A stretch of DNA of 63,966 nt, filler included, from Atractiella rhizophila (taxonomy: Eukaryota): the NCBI GenBank assembly GCA_021432655.1. It is 4 parts of 4 records of this genome, joined end to end, with 100 filler letters (N's around TTAATTAATTAA, not from the genome) between each part and the next. Parts side by side here need not be neighbours in the genome. Positions count along the whole stretch, not along the records: positions 22,351 to 48,194 come from MU271764.1; 3 more parts are not named here. One strand, given 5' to 3'. The notes below the pieces were generated by a model. It was not told where the DNA came from. It worked only from the letters and a program-made list of their open reading frames with translations, and made no database searches. How positions within the stretch are numbered: the first letter of the stretch is position 1; the number at the start of each line of letters is the position of its first letter. Positions 38,846-47,654 of this stretch are shown here, in pieces. The position numbers and the translations under genes were made by a program.

Positions 38846-41800
38846 GCATGTAGTTGCACTCTGATCGCGTTTGGACCTATAAGTTCTGTTACAGGAAAGG
38901 GCCCTGCGAACTGATCATGTAGTTTTGGATGAGGATCCTTGAAATTAAAGTGTTTAGTGGAGATCATGACTTGGTCGCCGACTTGAATTGGGGAAGGCGT
39001 ATGATGCTTATCCCATCGATCCTTGGCTGCTACAAAAGCTTCATTGATACAGTCGACGGCTCGTTGATGAGCAAGGTCGAGCATGTTTGCAAAGTGGATT
39101 GCGCCTCTGTTTATATTCAGCGAAGACTGCTTAGATAACAAGAATGCCTGAGGAGCTAACGGTATATATCCTCTTTCTAATTCGAAAGGGCTCTTTCCCG
39201 TACTAGAGTGCTTTGAGGAATTGAAAGCGAATTCCAGAGCAGGCAGAAGAGATACCCAATCATGTGTAAATCCTAGGTCGTCAACCTGGTATAGACCAAA
39301 AGAACAATATCTTCGAATTGCATCCACTAGTGTTTGAATATGTCTTTCAGCTAATCCGTCAGTTTGAGCATGATATGCCGTAGACATAGCTAGACGTATT
39401 TTCAATATTTGCATCAGAGAGCTCCAGAAGGCAGCTGTGAACTTCGGGTCTCGATCGCTAACGATTGCTTTTTGTAATCCCGTATCTTTGAAGATATGAT
39501 TATAGTACAGCCATGCAGTATCTTTTCCATCTGCTGTGTCGTGAGTTGGGACCAGGCGCACTCGTTTGGTCAGTCTGTCAACAAACAAGATGATCGCGTT
39601 GTAGGATTCCTTTCCTGCAGGAGGTAATGCTGTTACAAAGTCCATGTTGGCTATTTCCCAAGGTCTGGAGGGTGTTTCTATCTTCTGCATCAACCCGTAT
39701 CTTTTACCCGTTTGCCTGTTTGCACGTTGGCAGACATCGCAAGAGCCACAGAATACATCAACGTCAGATGTCAGACTCGGCCACCAGGCTACTTGTCGAA
39801 CACGTTCGAGAGTTCTAGTATTGCCAAAGTGCCCTGATGTGTAGTCATCGTGGCAAGTAGTCAGGATAGAGGTTCGCGTGGGCTTGTCACCTATTACGAG
39901 GACTGAGTCAAGCCCATCACGTCGATACAGTAGGTTGTCCATAACAAAGAAACGTCCGTTTTCTACATCTCTTCGGAGTGCGGACGAGAGGGTAGACAGC
40001 AAGGCTGCCTTAGAAGCTTGTGGTCCAAGCTTAAGAGCTTCAAAAAGTGTGTTCAGCTGTTTGTCTTGTTGATATCCAAGACGTATCCCTTCGAATACTT
40101 CATCTTTCAGCTCAAGGACTGATATCGCGGCAATCTGAGGGATTGGTTCGTCATCCAAGTCAGCAGCTGGGTTAGTTGCGTCATTGGGTAGGGGATTTCG
40201 GGATAAGCTGTCGACATTGGAATGCTTCTTTCCTTCCCGATGTACAATTGTCATTCTTCCGCGATATTCCTGCACCGCTAATTGCCAGCGGAACATTTGT
40301 CGACTTGGAGTCTTTAATCCTAGGAGACTTTTCAGTGCCATGCAGTCTGTAACAACTTCAAATTCTGCGCCGTCAAGGTATTGATGGAGCTTTTCTAAAG
40401 ACCAAACCACAGCAAGGCATTCCAGTTGAGTGGCTGCATACCGTGTCTCTGCTGGTTTGAGCTGTCTTGAGATGTAGCAGATTACTTTTTCTAAGTTAGG
40501 ATTATCTTCCGATGGTTGCACTTGCTGAAGGACAGCGGCTATACCAATTCCACTAGCATCAGTATACAACTTAAAGGGTAGGTCGTATTTTGGCTGGCTT
40601 AGAAGTGGTGCGTTTATCAATGCTTCTTTCAAGTCCAGAAACGCTTTCTCGCTTTCTAAAGTCCAGTTCCATGCCACATCCTTTGACAGTAGTTTAGTCA
40701 GTGGTCTTGCACGGTCTGAGTACTTCTCAACGAACTTTCGATAGTAGCCTGCCAAGCCTAGAAAACTCTGAAGTTCTGCGACATTCTGAGGAGTAGGGAA
40801 TTGTTCTACTGCGGCTACTTTGTTGCTGTCGACCGCGATTTGCAGGCCACTGATCAGGTGTCCTAGATGAATTAAAGAGTCGAAAGAGAACTTGCACTTT
40901 TTGAGGGCAAGCGTAAAGTGTGCCTCTATCATGTGCCTGAACACTATTTTCAGATGCTCGAGATGTTCTACCCATGTACGAGAGAAGATTATGATATCAT
41001 CTATGTAGACGCGAACCCATCCTTCCTTGATATGATCTTTAAGAGATTCGTTCATGCATCGTTGGAAGACTGCTGGTGCGTTTTTTAAGCCGAACGGCAT
41101 TCTGATAAATTCATACAAGCCATCTGGTGTTACAAAGGCAGTCTTATGAACATCTTTTGGACGAATTCGGATCTGATGGAAGCCTTTATTTGCATCTAGT
41201 GCTGTGATGTACTTTGCTCCTTGTAGAGCAGATATTTGTTCGTCTACTAATGGCATTGGATATAAGTCACTCTTGGTTATAGCATTTAGCGCTCTGTAGT
41301 CTACGCACAATCTTGGATCCGACTTCTGACGATAGACCATGAGCGAAGGAGCTCTAAAGGTAGACGAGTTTGACTCTCTTATTACGCCAAGCTCCATGAG
41401 TTTGTCAACAGCTTCGCGGGTGTCTTTTCTTGCTGCTGGACTCATTGGGTATGGGCGCTTATTTACGCTTGGAGGGACTTTATCCTCGTCGACTGTTAAA
41501 TCAATATGCATTTCTATATCCTTGGCGGTTCCAAGTGGTTGATCGCCGTAGGCAAAGGCTTGGTGCATTTCGCAAAGGAGCTCTAACAATTGATCTCGTT
41601 GTGTTTGCGTTAGGTCTGGGCTAATCTGACAACCTTCCAGTGCTTCAAAGAAACTATGCCTTTGCTTGTCCGTCATTGGTGGACATAGCGGAGTAGCGGC
41701 TTTGTCGCTTTGAGCATGAGATTGCGCAGTTTGCAGATTTGATTGAGATTTAGGCGGAACTTGCATGTTCGTTTGTTTTCCGCTTCTCTCAGTTTTGTAT

Positions 41801-44800
41801 GCAAAGCTTTGCTTAAATCCTCCCACAGTAAAGAAAGGTCCCTTGTACGTGTGTATATCGATACCGTACAAGTTTATCATATCCAGACCTAGTATAAAAG
41901 GACTCGGGCAGGTGCCTGGACGGAGGACCAGAAATTCTACACCCAAGCGGATAGATCCTGCTGGATGAGGTAGAGTGATGGTGTCTACATATACTCCTAG
42001 TGGCCCTAAAGTAGTTCCAAAACTTTTCACTTCCTCTATTTGTGGTGGGAGAAGTTTCGATTCAAAGTTTGGGTCTAATTTTCTAAGCGCACCTGCATCA
42101 CAAGCTGTCATTGCTGCTCCAGAATCAATGCAGAGATTGATTGGTATGCCGCGCAATACTGCTGTGGCCATAACCGGAACATGTAAAGCATGAGCATGAC
42201 CTTTCTTTGGTCGCTTTATTATGGCAGGTGCGTCTTGCGTGCCAGAAGCAAGAATAATGTTGGTGGCTTGAGATATAGGAACCTGCACTGGAACTCCTGC
42301 ATCTGCTTGAGTCTGTTGTGTGGTTTTTTCGAGGGAGGCGCCTAAGTTGCCTATAGATGATTGAGGGGCTTCATTGCTGAAGCTAGGAGTTGATGCTTGT
42401 AATGATTGCAACTGGTAGTGATCTTCCAAAGAGTCTTTGAAAGAATCCCAAGTTGAATCAAGCGCTTGTAATCGTTCGGCTGCCTCAACTTCTTCTGCCC
42501 AGTCTATGTTTTCAACCGGGGGCAGTTCCACTATTTCAGCAGATGCAGATTCTTCGTGTTCAGTGCTTTGCTCAGTCGATGTGTTATCAAGAGCCTGTAG
42601 CTTTGCAGCAGGTGGTTTATTGAAGTTTGATGGTCTATTTTGAAAAGGGCACGTGTTAGACCGCTGAAAATTAGACCTGTCAACAGAGGGTTTCATTGCA
42701 GATACTGGGTCTGCTACTTTCGTATTAGATAACGTTTTTTGAGCGCTATTTGCTCCATTGAACAAGCGATTTGTTTGTTTTTTCGAGATCCCGACAACTT
42801 CCTCAAATGCTTTTACGAAATCAGAGATTCGTGGGTCTCTCCCGACCATTGGCCTAATTGCTAAGGCATATGATGGTTCAATATTACTATACATCATACC
42901 AATCACTTGTTGTGCTGAGATGCCAGGGTGTACAGTTCTCGCACGACGAATAAAGGCATTTGCCCATTGCGTAGGATCTTGGAAGCTATTTAGCGTATAA
43001 CGCATGCGCTCTAAGATTTCTCTTTGTCGCCTTAACCATGCATCGGTTTCAAAGCGATCAATGATTGCCTGTCTCCATTCCTCCCAGGAAGAGGGTCTTT
43101 CATCTTGTTCGAACTGTACTTCGACCGAAAACCAATCGTAAGCAGCATCTTTTAGTAGGATTGGCAATTTAGCCACAACTTGTTCGCCAGGCATGGCATA
43201 AGATGCAATCAGCTGATCTACTCTATTGATAAAGTCCCTATGATCGGATGTAGATAATCCATCGTAAGTTGGGAAGTCCGACGTCTTTGGCCAGAACTTA
43301 GGATCAGAGGTCACTACTTTTACTTCAGGAGTTTGTGACACAGAATTCGCAGTGCGTAAAGGGAAGCGAATGTTAGTTTTTTGCCTTTCTTCGAGCGAAG
43401 GTAGCTCTTGTTTAAAGCGCACAGAAGGCGTCTTAAACCCTGAAGCACCTGAAGCTCTTTCTTCATTAATGGTCACTTCCGAGCGTAATCCGTTGCTTCC
43501 CTGCGTCGCTTCTTTTCCTTGCACGCTCTTTTTCAAGTCAGCAAGTTCCATTAACACAACATCGAAGCGATAGTTCATAGCTCTAAGTACTTGTTGCGTT
43601 TCTTGTTGCAGATTGACAATGACCTCTGTTTGGTTCTTAGTCTTGTCGAATTTGTCCAACAGGACTTTTTGCATGTAATCTAGCTTGTCAAAAGCTTTAT
43701 CTTGATTTATTTCAACATGCGAGAAGAACATATCATTCTCCATGTTTTGTTCTTGGTGCAACGAGTAGTTTTGAAATTGCAAGTCCGAAGTTTCGGACTT
43801 AACTGCGCTGACAATGTCAGATTTCAAGTTTTCAAGCGTGTTTTGCCAGTCTTTAATGTTAAAAGAGTGATTAGCATTGCAATTCAATCTATTTGAATCC
43901 ATATTTATTGGGGAGCTTGCTTGTTGGCTTCCTGTTCCGCCTTGAAAGCCTTGAAGGCTTGAAACTCCGCCCAGGCTTGAGAGTCCCCGCCCGTGATTTG
44001 AACCGGTGCTACTCGGTTCCGAGGGCCGCGGGTTCTCTGTCTCTTGTACGTCCCCTCCCTCTCTCCGCCTTCCCAGTTCCTTTTCCTTTGCTGATAGGGC
44101 TGCTGTACGGGTTGCGCTCGTTGCTGCTGCAAGGGGGGAGGCAGTTGTTGCATGGAGGGGATTTGCTGAGCCATCTGGGGCTGCTGTGGGGCCACCTGTG
44201 GCTGAATGGGAGCGTGGGGCGCTCTGGCGGTGTTCGCGTTCGTTTGAAGCGTCTGCAATCAATTGATGAGTGGGGGGCCCATGTGGCAAAAGCATGGGAA
44301 GTGGGGGGGACGTACCGTACATACGGTCATCAAAGTTTCGACCGTCCCCTTGAGGGTGGCCACGGTTTGGGTTAAGGTTCGCACTTCCGTCAGCATAGTT
44401 TGCCGTCCCGTCGTTTCGGTTTGCAAGGCTTGTTCGATCTTTTGAATTGACGCTTGCAATTCCGCTGTTTTGGGCGCTGCGCGAGATCGAGTCGTCCCAG
44501 AAGAAGGGGTCGATTCGCTTGATTTCATCGTGGAGGCTTTCTTGCCCTTGCCCTGTAGCTTGCGCCGAATTAACAGGGTCCATTCTTTTCTCTTCTTGTA
44601 AAGAAGGTTTGAATACCGCACCTCTGGAGGCTCCGGGTCTGGATTCTGCTCCTTGGCCCAGAGGCCTATCAAGGCTGCAATTCTCTTCGTCTTCTCGACT
44701 TCGGGCACTTCGGTGAGTGGGGCTCCGACGTTCTTTGGCTTCGGAGGATTTATTGGGCCGGTGGGTCGTCCCATTGGAATCAACGGCGATTTGATCGGCT

Positions 44801-45246
44801 TGGCGCCCGCCGGCTATTTCGGGTAGGTTGTTTAGTTCAGTTCCACCTTCGTGAAGGCTGGAGAGAGGGGAGGACACACCTTCACTCTGGGGTCTCTCCT
44901 CGGGTCCCTGGTAGGCTCTGAGCCTCCTCCTCTGTCGGCTGTATCGGGTGTTGGCGGCTGGACCGTCTCTACTCCCTTCGAGGGAGTGGGATCCTCTGAA
45001 CCTGCCTCTGAGGGCACGATGGGGGGGGTTGGCGGGTCCAGATCCACGGTTTCGGGTCTCATTCCCGTCGTTCTGGGAAGCTCCGTGTGGAGGTCTTCCT
45101 TGATCGAGATCGGAGCCGAATCGGGATCTTCCTCCCATTCGGAATCGTCGATCGTTTGATCGGCTGTTTGACTGATCAATTGCTCGATCATCGGATCTTG
45201 GATTTGTCTGTCGGACATTTTCTAATCGCGAAAACATGTTAGACAT
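38818..45246 (-). CDS. Gag-Pol polyprotein, single ORF of 2142 aa, C-terminus truncated
   Basis: Capsid-like FPTYDG...LKDAAYDWF...SWEEWRQAIIDRF; protease CIDSGA; RT LCVDYRALN, MPFGLKNAP, VYIDDI; RNase H YTDASG, QLECLAVVW; integrase HHCC, MDFV, SDRDPKF, TDGLAER; GPFPV. Confidence 0.96.
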   Translation of the reverse strand: MSNMFSRLENVRQTNPRSDDRAIDQSNSRSNDRRFRMGGRSRFGSDLDQGRPPHGASQNDGNETRNRGSGPANPPHRALRGRFRGSHSLEGSRDGPAANTRYSRQRRRLRAYQGPEERPQSEGVSSPLSSLHEGGTELNNLPEIAGGRQADQIAVDSNGTTHRPNKSSEAKERRSPTHRSARSREDEENCSLDRPLGQGAESRPGASRGAVFKPSLQEEKRMDPVNSAQATGQGQESLHDEIKRIDPFFWDDSISRSAQNSGIASVNSKDRTSLANRNDGTANYADGSANLNPNRGHPQGDGRNFDDRMYGTSPPLPMLLPHGPPTHQLIADASNEREHRQSAPRSHSATGGPTAAPDGSANPLHATTASPLAAATSATRTAALSAKEKELGRRREGGDVQETENPRPSEPSSTGSNHGRGLSSLGGVSSLQGFQGGTGSQQASSPINMDSNRLNCNANHSFNIKDWQNTLENLKSDIVSAVKSETSDLQFQNYSLHQEQNMENDMFFSHVEINQDKAFDKLDYMQKVLLDKFDKTKNQTEVIVNLQQETQQVLRAMNYRFDVVLMELADLKKSVQGKEATQGSNGLRSEVTINEERASGASGFKTPSVRFKQELPSLEERQKTNIRFPLRTANSVSQTPEVKVVTSDPKFWPKTSDFPTYDGLSTSDHRDFINRVDQLIASYAMPGEQVVAKLPILLKDAAYDWFSVEVQFEQDERPSSWEEWRQAIIDRFETDAWLRRQREILERMRYTLNSFQDPTQWANAFIRRARTVHPGISAQQVIGMMYSNIEPSYALAIRPMVGRDPRISDFVKAFEEVVGISKKQTNRLFNGANSAQKTLSNTKVADPVSAMKPSVDRSNFQRSNTCPFQNRPSNFNKPPAAKLQALDNTSTEQSTEHEESASAEIVELPPVENIDWAEEVEAAERLQALDSTWDSFKDSLEDHYQLQSLQASTPSFSNEAPQSSIGNLGASLEKTTQQTQADAGVPVQVPISQATNIILASGTQDAPAIIKRPKKGHAHALHVPVMATAVLRGIPINLCIDSGAAMTACDAGALRKLDPNFESKLLPPQIEEVKSFGTTLGPLGVYVDTITLPHPAGSIRLGVEFLVLRPGTCPSPFILGLDMINLYGIDIHTYKGPFFTVGGFKQSFAYKTERSGKQTNMQVPPKSQSNLQTAQSHAQSDKAATPLCPPMTDKQRHSFFEALEGCQISPDLTQTQRDQLLELLCEMHQAFAYGDQPLGTAKDIEMHIDLTVDEDKVPPSVNKRPYPMSPAARKDTREAVDKLMELGVIRESNSSTFRAPSLMVYRQKSDPRLCVDYRALNAITKSDLYPMPLVDEQISALQGAKYITALDANKGFHQIRIRPKDVHKTAFVTPDGLYEFIRMPFGLKNAPAVFQRCMNESLKDHIKEGWVRVYIDDIIIFSRTWVEHLEHLKIVFRHMIEAHFTLALKKCKFSFDSLIHLGHLISGLQIAVDSNKVAAVEQFPTPQNVAELQSFLGLAGYYRKFVEKYSDRARPLTKLLSKDVAWNWTLESEKAFLDLKEALINAPLLSQPKYDLPFKLYTDASGIGIAAVLQQVQPSEDNPNLEKVICYISRQLKPAETRYAATQLECLAVVWSLEKLHQYLDGAEFEVVTDCMALKSLLGLKTPSRQMFRWQLAVQEYRGRMTIVHREGKKHSNVDSLSRNPLPNDATNPAADLDDEPIPQIAAISVLELKDEVFEGIRLGYQQDKQLNTLFEALKLGPQASKAALLSTLSSALRRDVENGRFFVMDNLLYRRDGLDSVLVIGDKPTRTSILTTCHDDYTSGHFGNTRTLERVRQVAWWPSLTSDVDVFCGSCDVCQRANRQTGKRYGLMQKIETPSRPWEIANMDFVTALPPAGKESYNAIILFVDRLTKRVRLVPTHDTADGKDTAWLYYNHIFKDTGLQKAIVSDRDPKFTAAFWSSLMQILKIRLAMSTAYHAQTDGLAERHIQTLVDAIRRYCSFGLYQVDDLGFTHDWVSLLPALEFAFNSSKHSSTGKSPFELERGYIPLAPQAFLLSKQSSLNINRGAIHFANMLDLAHQRAVDCINEAFVAAKDRWDKHHTPSPIQVGDQVMISTKHFNFKDPHPKLHDQFAGPFPVTELIGPNAIRVQLHAPYFVECLA
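43905..45218 (-). CDS. Predicted spliced accessory gene (ORF0) overprinted in the +1 frame on the gag N-terminal extension
   Basis: Exons 45218-44880, 44813-44325 and 44252-43905 give 391 aa. Introns GTGTGT...TAG (66 nt) and GTATGT...CAG (72 nt) contain all internal stops. Possible third intron 44621-44553 (69 nt). Confidence 0.72.
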
Positions 45247-45297
45247 GTGGTTTGAATTGGAGCTAAAATTAGCGTTGCGAATGCGCGCGACTTTTTT

Positions 45298-45309
45298 GCA
45301 AGGGTGCCA
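45298..45309 (-). promoter_or_regulatory. Putative tRNA primer-binding site
   Basis: TGGCACCCTTGC begins 2 nt after the 5' LTR on the minus strand; TGG is complementary to tRNA CCA. The cognate tRNA was not identified. Confidence 0.7.
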
Positions 45310-45311
45310 AT

Positions 45312-45963
45312 TGTGAGGCTTGACCTTCTAACAATGTAAGATAATATTAAGCTCAAGCGGTAAACGCGAGTTTAAGTAATTAATGTCTCTTCAAGCTAAT
45401 AGCGAGATTAAGGCTCAACTTTAAGCAGGAGCTTAAGTGCATGCAACCTCACAGTTATAAGGTTCTGCAAGAACGTTGCGCGGTCTCGTAAACGCGTGTT
45501 TAACACGTGGCACAACTCTATTTTACAACAGTCTATTGAACTGAGGGAACTTACTGGTACTCCGGGCTTAAGTTTTGCGGTCAGGTGCAAAATCAAGCAG
45601 TGGAGAGGTGGAAAAAAGCTGAATTTCAATGAGGAGGAGAGAGGCCTTTTATAGGCTCTCAGGACTCACTTGGTTTGTATGTTACAAGAGGTAAACAAAG
45701 CAAACAAAGCGAAATATTAGCTAAAATAGGAAAAAAGCGAAAAATACATAGTAAGCCATAGAGAATCCCCCATTCCTATTGGAGGGATTCTCTGCCGTCC
45801 AAGGCACGGATTCAGATTAATGCTGACTCCTCAGAAAGGATTTAAGAGGAGGAAAGTGGAGGGGGGCCGAAAAAGGCTTATTTCGATGTTTTTTGCTTTA
45901 AGGTTCCCGCTTCCAAAATAGGAAACGCTGCGGAATCCTTTGTCTTAAGGTACGCATCTCACA
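45312..45963 (-). repeat. 5' LTR (652 bp)
   Basis: Adjacent to the PBS and gag start. TATAAAA on the minus strand at 45647-45653; CArG box at 45913-45922. Confidence 0.97.
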
Positions 45964-46945
45964 TAGATGATCTGTTGGATGAGTTTACACCGAGATGGAT
46001 TGTATGGATGATACCCAGCTACAAGGCGGAGGTAGGTGGTAGAGGTGGGAAGAGCAGGGAGGTGGAGAGATGGGCAGAGGATAGGAAGTATGTAGTTTCC
46101 TTTTGGAGCAAGAGATTTCGTTCTCGTCCTTCTTGGTAAATGGAGACATGCTTTTCTTCTACTTAAGCAAGATCTTTTTTGCTCGCATATATGAACCGCC
46201 TTGCCCTTTAGTTGAAAGTGCTACAAGATACGCCCCATGTTTTCCAATATGTGTGAGTAGCAGCTTGTGCAGATCGAATGCCTGAAACACAACACTTTCC
46301 CACCTCGAGTGCAAAGTCATTTGGATGCGCTACGAGAAGGTGGACTGGATGCACATTGTTTCATGTAAATGCCATTTGTGTAACGTTCTTATTCTTGTTA
46401 ATGTAAACTGGAATGAGGACTTGCTCGTTTGGCACTGCTTTTGACGTCTCTGGTGTCCTAACACACATTCCCTACTGTGTGCATCCTCTCGCGTCTGTGT
46501 CAAACAGGGCAACGCTACATTTTTAAGTTTACTGTCGCACATAATGCTCTATCGACATGCAACGCAGGCAACGCATGACTAATCATTATTTGCACAGATA
46601 CGATCAACGACTGCACACCTTGATAGAACGATTGTCTCATACCATCTATACCCTTATCGCCATCGGCGACTCCGCCTACGGCCCGCTCTTCTGCAAGCAA
46701 CCACTCCATCTCGCTTCTCTCCTGAGCGAGATGGGTGCACGACAATTCCTCCGTTCGCAATGCCTCTCTTCTGTCTTAACAGGTCATGACTTGTGCCCCA
46801 CCGGCAGAGCAAGAAAGTGCGATGTAGCTGTCGATCCTGAAGAGACCATCCGCCAGTTCGCTTCCAGTCTATCAGACCGCGTCAACGAACTAGCGTCTCA
46901 ATATCACTCCAAAAACCTTGAAAGGTGGACAGAATTCCTCGACCT

Positions 46946-47654
46946 CCGCGCGACCTATGATCGTATCTTTGTACATGGAGGGGATACGTAACGACTCCTA
47001 TACGTTACACGAGATCAGCAAACCCTTTGGAACGAACCTGGGCGACTTGCACGAGTGCGTTGTTGCTGAGTTAAACAAGCTGAAGTGTTGCCAGCACACT
47101 TCAGTTCGGTCCATGGACAACATGGATGAGTGATTCGCCTGCGGGTGCGATGGATGACAAGTGCGTCCTTTCCACTTCCTTTCACCATGCTTTTGTGTGT
47201 TGAAATGTATAATGGACAGAGAGAAAGAGAAGGATGTAGCGCGTATCTCCATCTTACAAATCGCCGTCCTTTCCAACACCTGCACCCACATCTGTTCCAT
47301 CCGCATCTTTCCCCTCTTCCCTCTCCTCTAACCCGTCCGCTTTCTCCGCTCTCCCATTCCCGGTACCCTGCACCGCGAGTATGTGGCTCAGGAGGGGTTG
47401 AGGTGGAATGATATACCTTCCACGCCTATGTTCATGGCAGGGGCTCTTTTGGAGAAGACGGAAGATATATTTGAGAGCAGAGGCATTCTGAGATCTGCTA
47501 TGAGTAGGGGAAGGGGACATTGAGAAATTGTCAGCGATAAGTGGAGTGAGGAGGATCTAGGCTTTGATGATGAGAGCTTGGTGAGAGAATTTGTGAAGGA
47601 GATGCCGTTGTGAACGAAGAGCCTGAGAGAGGGCAGAGGAGGCAGTATCAGATG
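46946..47654 (+). pseudogene. APC10 pseudogene (5'-truncated, stops and frameshifts); shared 3' flank extends to ~47973
   Basis: Collinear with ~32477-33565 including the intron. Deletions and a premature TGA (CCGTTGTGA vs CCGTTGTGG). Confidence 0.9.

Larger units (their letters stand above)
35179..45963 (-). mobile_element. Ty3/gypsy LTR retrotransposon, 10.8 kb, rearranged 3' internal region
   Basis: Two near-identical LTRs with TGTGAG...CTCACA termini. 5-bp TSD TAGAT at 35174-35178 and 45964-45968. Domain order PR-RT-RH-IN. Confidence 0.96.
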
